In this document: positions 9,366 through 18,698 of the stretch, in pieces
Position numbering within the stretch: the stretch's first letter is position 1
Layout of the letters: every line of letters begins with the position of its first letter
From: Candidatus Woesearchaeota archaeon
GTDB taxonomy: Archaea; Nanobdellota; Nanobdellia; Woesearchaeales; DSVV01
Reading direction: 5' to 3'
Length of the DNA: 64,000 nucleotides
NCBI GenBank assembly: GCA_018661705.1
Contig: JABJHR010000010.1
Span: 66,911 to 130,910, forward strand
Made by a program: the position numbers and the translations under genes
The notes under the pieces: generated by a model
Told to the model about the DNA's origin: nothing
What the model saw: the letters and a program-made list of their open reading frames with translations, nothing else
Database searches by the model: none

Positions 9366-10094
9366 ATGGATTCATTAATTTTAATTTTAATCATATCTGT
9401 ACTTGGACCAATTATTGGCTCATTAATTGGAGTAATTAAGAAACCATCACAAAAATTCATGTATAATATGATGGCATTTGCAGCAGGTGTGATGATGGCA
9501 ATTTCTTTTCTTGAATTAATTCCTCAAAGTATTGAGTTATCATCTGTTTGGTTATGTGCAATTGGTGTTTTAATTGGTGCATTGATTATGTATCTCTTGG
9601 ATAAATTAATTCCTCACATCCATCCTGAACTTTGCAGGCAAGAACATGGTTGTCAATTAAGAAAAACTTCAATTTATCTTCTTTTAGGAATTTTTTTACA
9701 TAATTTTCCAGAAGGTATGGCAATTGCTGTGGGTTATGTTTCAGGAATTAAAGTTAGTTTAACAATTGCATTAGGGATTGCAATTCATAATATTCCAGAA
9801 GGCATTTGTACTTCTGCTCCTTATTTTAGTTGTACTGGTAAACGACTAAAATCATTTTTGCTTTCATCTGCTACTGCAATTCCAATTTTACTTGGATTCT
9901 TCTTTGCTAAGTTTCTTTATGGAGTTATTTCAATGAATTTTATTGGTGTTGCAATTGCAGCAACAGCTGGTTTAATGATATATATCTCTGCAGATGAACT
10001 TATACCTTGTTCTTGCTGTGAAAAATCAGATCATAGTAACATATTTTCTTTAATTGCAGGTGTAATTTTTGTTGTGTTACTTGGGTTATTATAG
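9366..10094 (+). CDS. zupT: ZIP-family zinc/iron permease (ZupT-like)
   Basis: 242 aa, 8 TM segments, signature HNFPEGMAIAVG and HNIPEG. Confidence 0.75.
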   Translation: MDSLILILIISVLGPIIGSLIGVIKKPSQKFMYNMMAFAAGVMMAISFLELIPQSIELSSVWLCAIGVLIGALIMYLLDKLIPHIHPELCRQEHGCQLRKTSIYLLLGIFLHNFPEGMAIAVGYVSGIKVSLTIALGIAIHNIPEGICTSAPYFSCTGKRLKSFLLSSATAIPILLGFFFAKFLYGVISMNFIGVAIAATAGLMIYISADELIPCSCCEKSDHSNIFSLIAGVIFVVLLGLL

Positions 10095-10267
10095 TTCTTT
10101 TCTTACTATTCAGTGGTTATCTACCAAAACCTTTATAAAAACTAGTAAAATACATCTATTTGGGGAAATAAAATGTTAAACTTACTAATTCCTTAAACTC
10201 AAAATTAAAAAATACACAAAATACACACAAAGGTTTTATTACAAATAAATGTTTATAATATAATAAA

Positions 10268-11794
10268 ATGGTACGAACATTATTAGACACAGTTGAATTT
10301 GATGAGATCCCTGTATTTGGGAAACCTATTTTATCAGACCTTGTTTTAGAAAATCTTGAAGGAGCCACTAGAAGGATGACCTCTTATGGTGATGATATGG
10401 GTGATGAGGGGGATGAAAGTTTACGAAATTATGCATTTTCTCCAGATGGTCCTAGTTCAGATTCTTTTGGTTCTGATGCTGGTCTACAATCAAGAAGAAT
10501 GAGATCAAGCGGTGATGCAAGAACAGAACAAGTTGCTCCTACTTCAGACTTAGGTGGTATTGATAGTAGTCAAGGACTTCCTGGTGATGATGACGTAGTT
10601 ATGATTTCTTTGTTAAGTTCAACTGAACATGAAAGAGAAGTATTACTAGAAACTATTTCTGCGAAACCAGATGAAATTGTTACATTAGAACAGATTTTAT
10701 CAGAGTCATATAAAGACAGAATTGAGATTACTAGTATTAATGAATTCTCTGCAACAAGAAAACAAGTTAAGGAAGTACATTTTCTTAAAGGAGATGGGGA
10801 TTGGCTTAACAAAGTATGGATATTCAAAGCAGATCCAGTAGAAACAGCAAGAGAATTAATGATTTATCATTTAGCACATAAACATGGGATTCCTACTGGA
10901 AAACCAATTGGTTATAATCCTACGCCTGATCAAACTTATCCTTTTGACATTGCAATTTTAGGGGGAGTAGTTGAACATGCAGGTGATCCGTACAGAGATT
11001 TACTTAGAAATATGAGATTAAGACCAATAAGAATTTTTGACACTGCAAAACAAATTGCAAGAATCATTGCAGATTATCATGTTAAGCTAACGCTTGTAGA
11101 AGACGAATTTACAAAAGCAGGTGTTTCTTTAGAAACTTCTAGTCCTAGAAAAGAACTTGGTGAAAGATTTTTAGCAGGATTAAGAATTACAGAGGAAAAC
11201 GGAGAAGAACTATTGAAAGCTTGTGATGATTTATACAATCTTCAATCTGGTGTTAATGTTGTTTCTCATGGAGATATTCATTTAGGAAATCTTGTTACTG
11301 TGAAAAGAAAGCATGAAACAAGTATTAATCAATTTGGAGTTATTGATTGGGGATCAATTGTAAAAGATAATCCTTTTGGTGATCTATGGGATTTTTGGAT
11401 ACATCATAGAAGAGATACAATTGATGCAACTGGTAATGGTTATAGTTATACTTTTGAAAGATTTGCAGCAGCTTATTTAACTAGAATTAATGCTTTACGA
11501 ACAGAATATCGTGTTAATATTGATTTGCCTTCAGGTATTAATCCTGTAGATTCTCCAATACAATCTTCATTATGGAATTTGTATGAAATGTATGATCCTG
11601 TTAGAACAGATGCTAGAGATATTCAGAAAAAAGCATCATTCCATTGTTTGGAATTATGGCGTTCTTTAGATAAGGTTGAGAAATTTGGTGGCCAATACAG
11701 AGAAACAGTTCACACAATTAAAAAAGAACTAACAAGATTACTTGACAGCAAGAATTATTTAAAACCATATATGGTTGTTGGCGGATTGAGATGA
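10268..11794 (+). CDS. aminoglycoside/choline-kinase-like phosphotransferase (APH fold) with a ~100-aa G/D/S-rich disordered N-terminal region
   Basis: VVSHGDIHLGNLV (HGD.H.GN catalytic loop) and GVIDWGS (DWG/DFG-like); 508 aa. Confidence 0.6.
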   Translation: MVRTLLDTVEFDEIPVFGKPILSDLVLENLEGATRRMTSYGDDMGDEGDESLRNYAFSPDGPSSDSFGSDAGLQSRRMRSSGDARTEQVAPTSDLGGIDSSQGLPGDDDVVMISLLSSTEHEREVLLETISAKPDEIVTLEQILSESYKDRIEITSINEFSATRKQVKEVHFLKGDGDWLNKVWIFKADPVETARELMIYHLAHKHGIPTGKPIGYNPTPDQTYPFDIAILGGVVEHAGDPYRDLLRNMRLRPIRIFDTAKQIARIIADYHVKLTLVEDEFTKAGVSLETSSPRKELGERFLAGLRITEENGEELLKACDDLYNLQSGVNVVSHGDIHLGNLVTVKRKHETSINQFGVIDWGSIVKDNPFGDLWDFWIHHRRDTIDATGNGYSYTFERFAAAYLTRINALRTEYRVNIDLPSGINPVDSPIQSSLWNLYEMYDPVRTDARDIQKKASFHCLELWRSLDKVEKFGGQYRETVHTIKKELTRLLDSKNYLKPYMVVGGLR

Positions 11795-11850
11795 TACGTT
11801 TTTTAATTTTGATTTCTCTAATAAGAATTTAATAAAGAATAAAAGTCCTA

Positions 11851-11946
11851 GTGAAAAAGAGCATCCGCCGGTGTTGAAGAATATTACACTGCATGTCACA
11901 CTACAACACTAGGTCCGAAGGACATGTCACTCACTAAGATTTTTTA
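11851..11946 (+). repeat. Repeat family A, intact copy (A2)
   Basis: GTGAAAAAGAGCATCCGCCGGTGTTGAAGAATATTACACTGCATGTCACACTACAACACTAGGTCCGAAGGACATGTCACTCACTAAGATTTTTTAG, about 85% identical to A1; downstream of a + gene. Confidence 0.7.
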
Positions 11947-12002
11947 GAAACCCTTATGTTTTCTTAAACACATCTTATTAAAACACAAGATTCAAACAAA
12001 TA

Positions 12003-12908
12003 TCACAAAACCAATGCAAAGTATCCACCTGCCCCATCATATGTCTTCTGTACAATATTAATTAAGTGATGATAAAACATTGCTTCTGTTCCTTTACTTT
12101 TTTCTAATGCTGTTGAATACTTTTTTACTAGACCTTTTCTTCCTAGATATAATTTCTTTTTTAGTTTTGGATCAAACTTGTAAAACATCTCATAGAATGC
12201 TAAGTAATAATCAATTGACTCTTTGAATGCAAGTAACACTTCTTTACTGATCTTTTTATTATAACTCTCAAATGTATTACAGATATACTTAAATTCATCT
12301 GCGATTCTTTCAATGTTTTTTACTATTTCATAAATTTGCATTGTTCGTTTTGGAACTTTGTAACCTTTTTTATTAAGAATTCTTAAACAAATGTCTGTAA
12401 ATTTATTATTTAGTGATTCCATGTTACGAATTTCTTTTAGTTTTTCAAATTCTTGTTTTTCTAATGCTTCTAATACACTTCTTGCCATTTCATTTGTAAT
12501 CTGGAAAGATTTTCTTAATAAAGTATCAAATTCAGTTTCAATTGTTGTTGCAATGCTTTTAATATATACTCTGTTTTCTTTTTGATCAATTATTTCATAA
12601 CCCATGCACCCAACAATTCTTCTTTTGATTTCTTCAAGTGTGCTAGGATCTTCATATCTTATTACAATTTCATCATATCCTAATTGATAAAGATGGGATA
12701 AATTATTTTTAGTAAAAATTCCAGAATCAGAAACACTTACTTCTTTTTTTGGAGAAGCAATTTCTTTTGTTGTGGAAACCATTAAGATTGGTCCTGACAT
12801 TTCCAGTTCTAATTCATCACCTTTCTTAAGATCATACTTAGTTGCCCATTTAATAGGTAATGTTATTGTTAATGAACTGCTTCCATGTTGGACTATTCTT
12901 CGTTTCAT
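12003..12908 (-). CDS. PhoU-family regulator with N-terminal AbrB/SpoVT swapped-hairpin domain
   Basis: Likely start at internal Met (MKRRIVQHGSSSLTITLPIKWATKYDLKKGDELELEMSG, an AbrB-like N-terminus). C-terminal helical repeats are PhoU-like. The longer track ORF would overlap repeat B1. Confidence 0.5.
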   Translation of the reverse strand: MKRRIVQHGSSSLTITLPIKWATKYDLKKGDELELEMSGPILMVSTTKEIASPKKEVSVSDSGIFTKNNLSHLYQLGYDEIVIRYEDPSTLEEIKRRIVGCMGYEIIDQKENRVYIKSIATTIETEFDTLLRKSFQITNEMARSVLEALEKQEFEKLKEIRNMESLNNKFTDICLRILNKKGYKVPKRTMQIYEIVKNIERIADEFKYICNTFESYNKKISKEVLLAFKESIDYYLAFYEMFYKFDPKLKKKLYLGRKGLVKKYSTALEKSKGTEAMFYHHLINIVQKTYDGAGGYFALVL

Positions 12909-12935
12909 TTGGATTTTACCTTTGGTCTTGTAGAA

Positions 12936-13024
12936 AACAACAAAAACGGCAGGGCTCACGGACTTTTGCAAGCAAAAATCCTATTCAGCTCTTTTCAATC
13001 GCCTCATCAGCCCGCAATTGTTGT
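12936..13024 (-). repeat. Repeat family B copy (B1)
   Basis: On the - strand: AACAACAATTGCGGGCTGATGAGGCG...GAATAGGATTTTTG-CTTG-CAAAAGTCCGTGAGCCCTGCCGTTTTTGTTGTT. Same architecture as B2-B6. Confidence 0.65.
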
Positions 13025-13225
13025 TTTCTTGTTTATTAGTGAACTTGTTTAGTATTTAAACTTTTCTAAAAATACCACATTTATCAAAAAAATACACAAT
13101 TGTGTACTGGTGTGGTGATTACACTGGTAAAGTATATACTTCTTGAGTGTCTACTAATGTGTAGGATGAACAATGAAACATTGTTTGCCTAAAATAATAC
13201 ATTTTTAAGAATGGAGGGAAGAAAA

Positions 13226-14188
13226 ATGGAAAAAGTAAAACAGAGATTAAAGGTAGGGGAAGTAAAAGTACACAAGAATTTAGCAGTTGCACCACTTTTG
13301 GGCAAAGATAGTGGTTTAGATTATCTTGTTTTTGATGAAGCAGTTAATCAAGGTTTGAGTGTTAGAGAAACAGGAGAGGTTCCAACATTACATTTTAAAA
13401 ATGAAACAGATAAAGAAGTTTTAATTTTGCAGGGTGAATATGTTACAGGCGGAAAACAAAATAGGATGGTTGCAACTAATGTTTACATGGCAAAAGGTTT
13501 TGATGGTCCAGTTCCTGTAAACTGCGTTGAACAAAGTAGGTGGTCAGGTAATGAAAGAGGCGGCTTTACATCCGGTAATAGAAGAGCTCCAGCATCTGTT
13601 TCTTTAATGGCAAGTGTAGGCCAAGGAGAAGTTTGGGGTGAAGTAAGAAGAATGACTGAATCACTTGGAACGCATACTTCTACTGGAGACATGGGTGCTT
13701 CTTATGCGCAAAGAGAAAGTGATTTAGCAGAATATTTATCAAATTTTGAATTTCAAGAAGGTGCAGTTGGAGTAATTGCAGCAATGCAGAGAGGAAAACA
13801 CAGAGTTTATGTTGCTGATGTTTTTGATCAAACAGCAACACTCCAAAAAAACTATAAAAAATTGTTAGAAAGCTATGCAATTGAAGCACTTAGTTACAAA
13901 GCAATTGGTTCTCAAGCAAAATCTGACATGCAGGCATTTCTTAAAGTAGCAGGTGACACACCATACCATAAGAGACAACCTGTAAGTTTAGGTGATGATT
14001 TAAAGACAGCAGCAGGTGCTGTAACTGGTTTTGCTTTAGTTTATCAGGAAACACCATTGTATGTGAATCTAGCTTCCAACTTTATGCCACAAACACAAGG
14101 ACCTGGTGCTGATAATTTTGATCCAGCACAGACAATGATCTTTGAGAGACCTGTACGTACAGGAATGAGTAGGAGATTTTTCAGGTGA
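13226..14188 (+). CDS. conserved hypothetical protein
   Basis: 320 aa from MEKVKQ (GGAGGG ribosome-binding site); motif ...GEYVTGGKQNRMVATNVYMAKGFDGPVPV...; no family assigned. Confidence 0.45.
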   Translation: MEKVKQRLKVGEVKVHKNLAVAPLLGKDSGLDYLVFDEAVNQGLSVRETGEVPTLHFKNETDKEVLILQGEYVTGGKQNRMVATNVYMAKGFDGPVPVNCVEQSRWSGNERGGFTSGNRRAPASVSLMASVGQGEVWGEVRRMTESLGTHTSTGDMGASYAQRESDLAEYLSNFEFQEGAVGVIAAMQRGKHRVYVADVFDQTATLQKNYKKLLESYAIEALSYKAIGSQAKSDMQAFLKVAGDTPYHKRQPVSLGDDLKTAAGAVTGFALVYQETPLYVNLASNFMPQTQGPGADNFDPAQTMIFERPVRTGMSRRFFR

Positions 14189-14307
14189 TAAAAATAGAAA
14201 AGTCGTAAAAGGATAAAGTTTAAATATTCTTTTTCTTTTCCTTTAATTTTGTGGGGTTGGTTTTAAGTAATGTGAAAACAGTAGATACCCTATCTTTGGT
14301 GTTAAAA

Positions 14308-14393
14308 AATACAACCACAATGGCCAGGTGAGGCGAAGCTGAATAGGACTTTTTACGCAGTAAAAAGGTCCGTCTGTGCCAATATTGTTGTTG
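14308..14393 (+). repeat. Repeat family B copy (B2)
   Basis: ACAACCACAATGGCCAGGTGAGGCGAAGCTGAATAGGACTTTTTAC-GCA-GTAAAAAGGTCCGTCTGTGCCAATATTGTTGTTG. Terminal stem AACAAC/GTTGTT, inner 11-bp hairpin. Confidence 0.7.
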
Positions 14394-14439
14394 TATTTTT
14401 AATTATTAAAAAAGTAAAAAACAAAAAGGTAAAAACAAA

Positions 14440-15051
14440 ATGATAGAAGCAGTAGTATTTGATTTGTGGTATACACTAGCACAAAAGGAAAGAGGAACAT
14501 CATCTGTTCTTCGTGGACATTTTGATATCCCTGATAGTCCTACTTTCATGGCCGAGTATGAAACTGCAATTCAACTTCAAGAATGGGCCTCAGTTACCGA
14601 GATGGCACAGAGTTTTTTGCAAGCGTTTAAGTTAGGTGTTACTCCTGCAAATGTTTCTTTTTTTACTACTGCTATTATTGAAGGTGCACAAGGTGCAAAG
14701 CCTTATGATTGGGTTCCTGAAGTTTTGCATGGATTATCTGAGAATTATAAATTAGCTCTTCTTTCTAACACTTCTACTTATGAAGTAATTGATCCTTCAT
14801 GGGGAATTGCTGATTATTTTAATGAAGTAGTTTATTCATGGGAAGCTGAAGCTATAAAACCTTCTGCAAAAAGTTTTCAAGCTGTTTGTTCTAGATTAGG
14901 TGTTCCACCAAAAAAATGTTTATTTGTTGATGATTGTTTAGCAAACATTGAAGCTGCACGAGAATTTGGAATGAAAGCAGTACACTTTAAAGGTTTTGAT
15001 GGCGGAGATGTATTGAAAAAAGAATTAAAAAAGTATGATGTTTATTTGTAA
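14440..15051 (+). CDS. HAD-superfamily hydrolase (subfamily IA, haloacid-dehalogenase-like, D-x-W/Y variant of motif I)
   Basis: FDLWYTL (motif I lacking the second Asp, as in 2-haloacid dehalogenases), LALLSNTS (motif II), K...FVDDCLANIEAA (motifs III/IV). Confidence 0.55.
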   Translation: MIEAVVFDLWYTLAQKERGTSSVLRGHFDIPDSPTFMAEYETAIQLQEWASVTEMAQSFLQAFKLGVTPANVSFFTTAIIEGAQGAKPYDWVPEVLHGLSENYKLALLSNTSTYEVIDPSWGIADYFNEVVYSWEAEAIKPSAKSFQAVCSRLGVPPKKCLFVDDCLANIEAAREFGMKAVHFKGFDGGDVLKKELKKYDVYL

Positions 15052-15077
15052 AAAGAGAATTCAATCTATACAAATAC

Positions 15078-16076
15078 ATGCGATTTTTCTTTTTTCCCTT
15101 CGGAATCTTTTTAAATCCAATTCCATTCCTTTCTTTTATGTCAAGACCAAATTTTGATTTTCCTGGGTTTAATGATTTAGAGGGATTTATAACACTTTTA
15201 TCTGATACTAGAGCAATCTTTAAAGAAGAACCTAATTATCAAGAGTTACCTTTAGACAGACCAATTGTTTTTGTTGGGGATACTCATGGAGATATTGAAA
15301 CAACAGAACAAATTTTTGATATGTTTTTTGGTACACATTTAATTGCTATGTTAGGGGATTATGTAACAAGAGCTCCTGTTGAACATGGTTCAATAAAGAA
15401 TATTCATTATTTATTTGAAGTAAAAAGATCTCATCCTGAAGATCTTATTTTATTAAGAGGAAACCATGAAACACCAGATCACGCTGGAATAATAGAAATT
15501 ATGCTTGATTTAAGAGAATTTGGCGTAGATGCTTGGCGTAATACATCTTCTACTCTTTATGGTACTTTTTCTGATATGCCTTATGTTGTTTCAACAGAAA
15601 ATGGATTATTGGGGTTACATGGGGGCTTGCCAGATATTAAATCTGTAAGGGGTTTAAAATTAGTTCCAAAAGGAATCGAAGGTTTTCCTAATAATGGCGA
15701 GGGACTTCCTGCTCATTATCAAACAGCATTACAAATACTTTGGAATGATCATGTTGCAACAGATGAACCATTAATTACTTTAGATGGTTCAAAAAAAGAA
15801 AAAGGAAATTCAGTTTATAATTATTCTAGGCATACTGGCAGATTATATAATCAACATCATTTCAACAACGTAATGAGTTTACTTGGAAAAAATGTTTTAG
15901 TAAGGGGTCATGATTATAATGAGAAAGGTTATGCTTTTGATGATAGGTTATTAACAATTTTTAGTGCATCAAAATTTGTAAATCATGGAAATTTAAAAGG
16001 GAAATATGTTGCTGTCATGGATGATCCTCAAAAAGAATTAAAAACTGCAAAAGAGTTAAGAATTGTACAATTATAA
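15078..16076 (+). CDS. PPP-family metallophosphoesterase (Ser/Thr protein phosphatase-like)
   Basis: GDTHGD, GDYVTRA, GNHE signature motifs; the true start may be the internal Met at 15138, since the N-terminal 20 aa are odd. Confidence 0.65.
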   Translation: MRFFFFPFGIFLNPIPFLSFMSRPNFDFPGFNDLEGFITLLSDTRAIFKEEPNYQELPLDRPIVFVGDTHGDIETTEQIFDMFFGTHLIAMLGDYVTRAPVEHGSIKNIHYLFEVKRSHPEDLILLRGNHETPDHAGIIEIMLDLREFGVDAWRNTSSTLYGTFSDMPYVVSTENGLLGLHGGLPDIKSVRGLKLVPKGIEGFPNNGEGLPAHYQTALQILWNDHVATDEPLITLDGSKKEKGNSVYNYSRHTGRLYNQHHFNNVMSLLGKNVLVRGHDYNEKGYAFDDRLLTIFSASKFVNHGNLKGKYVAVMDDPQKELKTAKELRIVQL

Positions 16077-16112
16077 TTTTCAAAAATAAAATTCTTCTTC
16101 TTTACAAATCTA

Positions 16113-17447
16113 TCAATCGTTTCTGTCTAACGCATCCTGACAATTTTCCTTCATTTGTTCTTTTCTTATTTTATTACATATGGATTTATCCTTGATTTCC
16201 ATAGCAACATTCCAATAACAGTCATCACCATCTCCCCAGTAATTCTCTTCAGCCTTATCGTCATATAAATCTTCACAAATTTCAAAGGAGGATGCTAAAT
16301 TAGTTAAAGCATTGTTTACTGCCAAACTAATAATTTTGATAATCTGTTTATCTCTGACTTCCCTCGGACAGAATTCCCTTCCATAATCCCCATGATATTT
16401 AATTATGTTTTCACAAATAGATTCATTTCCTGATACCATGGCAGTTCCCCAATAGCACCTATCAGACTCCCAATTTTCGTCTATTTCATATAATCCTTTG
16501 CAAATTTCTAGAGAATAGGATAAATTAATTGAAGCGTTTCCTATTGCTGAGTCCGTGAGTTTGTAAAACTGGCAACTACCAAACTCTTCAGAACATTCTA
16601 TTAAACTTATGGATGGTTCTTCAAAGACATCATTATAATTTTTTGTAATTGTTCTACATTCTTCATACGCAAAATCATCTATTTTAAATATCTCATTATA
16701 AAAACCAGGCATAAACGCAATTGAACAATTCTCAAATTCAAAAAAAGTGATGTTTAATTTATTATAGTTTGGAATTAAATCATTTGGCGCCGGAACTTCA
16801 GGACCTTGAATCTTTAAATATTGAAAATTCTGATTTGTACCTATTGGTCTTATATCTTTATACTTATAATTAATCTCTGTGAAGTTTAAATTATCTACTA
16901 ACCATGAAACAATGTATTCTTCAGATAATACTTTTCCAGTACTATCAGCATAGCGATATTTTTTTATTTCTGTAAAGATATACTCTTCGCTTAACAATGG
17001 TAGAAATAATGGTTCATATTCTTCTGCAAAAATAGTGTCTTGTGATATATATCTCATATTATCTGGTTGATTTAATTCTTTCATAATATCATTAACACAT
17101 GAAAATAATTCTTCCTTTGTTCCTGCAAACGATTCTAAATAAAGCGGTCTTGCATAAACTTCTCCGGTTCCTACTTCACCATAAGTATAGTCGCATCCGA
17201 TTGAATATCCTCCAAGATAATCTTTATAATCATATATACAAAATTCAAATTGATCTGTTGGAGAATGATAAGGCACTAATTTAACAATCAAAAAATACTC
17301 CCTTGAATTACAGTTAGGTATTTTTTCAATAATCTCTTCTATGTTAATGTTATTAGTTTCTTCATTATCCAGAACATGATTAGAACATCCTATTAAAAAA
17401 ACCACTAAAAAACATAATGCCAAAAGTTTTAATGTATTTGATTTCAT
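16113..17447 (-). CDS. Cys-rich secreted lipoprotein, unknown function
   Basis: Signal peptide plus lipobox-like LIGCS; internal duplicated motif CYWGTAMVSGNESICENI / CYWNVAMEIKDKSICNKI. Confidence 0.5.
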   Translation of the reverse strand: MKSNTLKLLALCFLVVFLIGCSNHVLDNEETNNINIEEIIEKIPNCNSREYFLIVKLVPYHSPTDQFEFCIYDYKDYLGGYSIGCDYTYGEVGTGEVYARPLYLESFAGTKEELFSCVNDIMKELNQPDNMRYISQDTIFAEEYEPLFLPLLSEEYIFTEIKKYRYADSTGKVLSEEYIVSWLVDNLNFTEINYKYKDIRPIGTNQNFQYLKIQGPEVPAPNDLIPNYNKLNITFFEFENCSIAFMPGFYNEIFKIDDFAYEECRTITKNYNDVFEEPSISLIECSEEFGSCQFYKLTDSAIGNASINLSYSLEICKGLYEIDENWESDRCYWGTAMVSGNESICENIIKYHGDYGREFCPREVRDKQIIKIISLAVNNALTNLASSFEICEDLYDDKAEENYWGDGDDCYWNVAMEIKDKSICNKIRKEQMKENCQDALDRND

Positions 17448-17541
17448 ATCAATATCTTTCTTTTATTTATTTATAAACTTTTTTAATAATTCACTTTGAT
17501 TTCATAAATCTATCAATCGTTTCTGTTTTAATTTAGTATAT

Positions 17542-18600
17542 TCAACTAAGTTTTTCTTTCCAATACAATTCTCCTAATTTAATTACAGCATTTCTGAATC
17601 CCTTACCTTTTGGATTTCCAATATGTTTCATTGCATCGATATAAGCTTCACTATCGATTGGACTCTTTGTTTCTGCCATACTACTATTACCCATATTTTC
17701 ATTACAATATAAGACAAATAGTTTTGTAACTGTATCCTTGATTGATTCAGCGGGAACATAATTATCAGGATCTTGCAAAAAATCCAACGCAGTATTTAAT
17801 CCGCAAAATTGTGATTCATAATTAAATCTGTTTGGGTTAATTATGATACCTTCAACTTTATCTGTAAGAGAAGAATCTCTACCCTTATAAGGATATACTG
17901 GTGCTCTTTCTGGTTTCTTACTGTCTGATGCAAAATAATTATCAAAAAGCATCACTGGCCATCCCAAATCAGGAATATCTTCTGCAGTTAATGTTCTATA
18001 CCACATGCTTCTTCTAGGTCCGACCCAGGTTATTGCAACATCCTTAGGCAAGACATCTAAAATTGGTTCCCAATAATCCATAACACTTATCCTTGGTCCA
18101 ACATATTCCTCACCACATATTGCTCTTAACTTTCCCTCAGTTCCCTCATACATTTGTCTTATCAGCTCTGCATGTGCTTTACCATCTTTTATTATAGCAT
18201 TATGTTTTGAACTAGTGGGATTAGCAGCTTCCCAGAATCCTGGGTGAGTGTCATCCATAAAAAGATAAATAGCATCTGCACCATTTGCTAGAAAATATTT
18301 TGCATTATTGATAATTCTCCAACGATCTTTAGGATGAGAACAATATCTGGAATCACCTGGGTGCATTCCTGCCCATATTTTTACGCCTTGATCTTTGGCT
18401 AATTGTTCTAAAATCTTAAACTCTTTTTTGTGTTCTTCTGAGATTGGGCTGTTAGCTGTTCCCCAACTTAATCTTGACCACACATAAAGATTATTTCTAC
18501 TCTCACCTATTCTTTTCACAAGGTCTTTTCTATGCTCTAATTCAAATTTCCTACCTTTATCTACTATTCCTTTAAGTTTGAATGTTTTTTTGTCTGTCAT
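17542..18600 (-). CDS. GH84-like beta-N-acetylglucosaminidase (O-GlcNAcase/hyaluronidase family) candidate
   Basis: N-terminal KGIVDKGRKF...NNLYVW resembles the GH84 motif G(V/I)(I/V)EGFYG...N.Y.YAPKDD. LFMDDTHP matches the catalytic DD pair region. Confidence 0.4.
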   Translation of the reverse strand: MTDKKTFKLKGIVDKGRKFELEHRKDLVKRIGESRNNLYVWSRLSWGTANSPISEEHKKEFKILEQLAKDQGVKIWAGMHPGDSRYCSHPKDRWRIINNAKYFLANGADAIYLFMDDTHPGFWEAANPTSSKHNAIIKDGKAHAELIRQMYEGTEGKLRAICGEEYVGPRISVMDYWEPILDVLPKDVAITWVGPRRSMWYRTLTAEDIPDLGWPVMLFDNYFASDSKKPERAPVYPYKGRDSSLTDKVEGIIINPNRFNYESQFCGLNTALDFLQDPDNYVPAESIKDTVTKLFVLYCNENMGNSSMAETKSPIDSEAYIDAMKHIGNPKGKGFRNAVIKLGELYWKEKLS

Positions 18601-18698
18601 TTTATTATGATTAATTCTATAAATAAAGAAATTGAATTCGATTTATATATTTTCTATTTTTATGACGAAAATATTTATAACTTGTAAACTATAATTGT

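Noticed and set aside
12003-12971. Track start of the PhoU-like ORF at 12971
   Set aside because: The first 21 codons overlap repeat B1 and encode an odd hydrophobic peptide. The internal Met at 12908 gives a canonical AbrB-type N-terminus.
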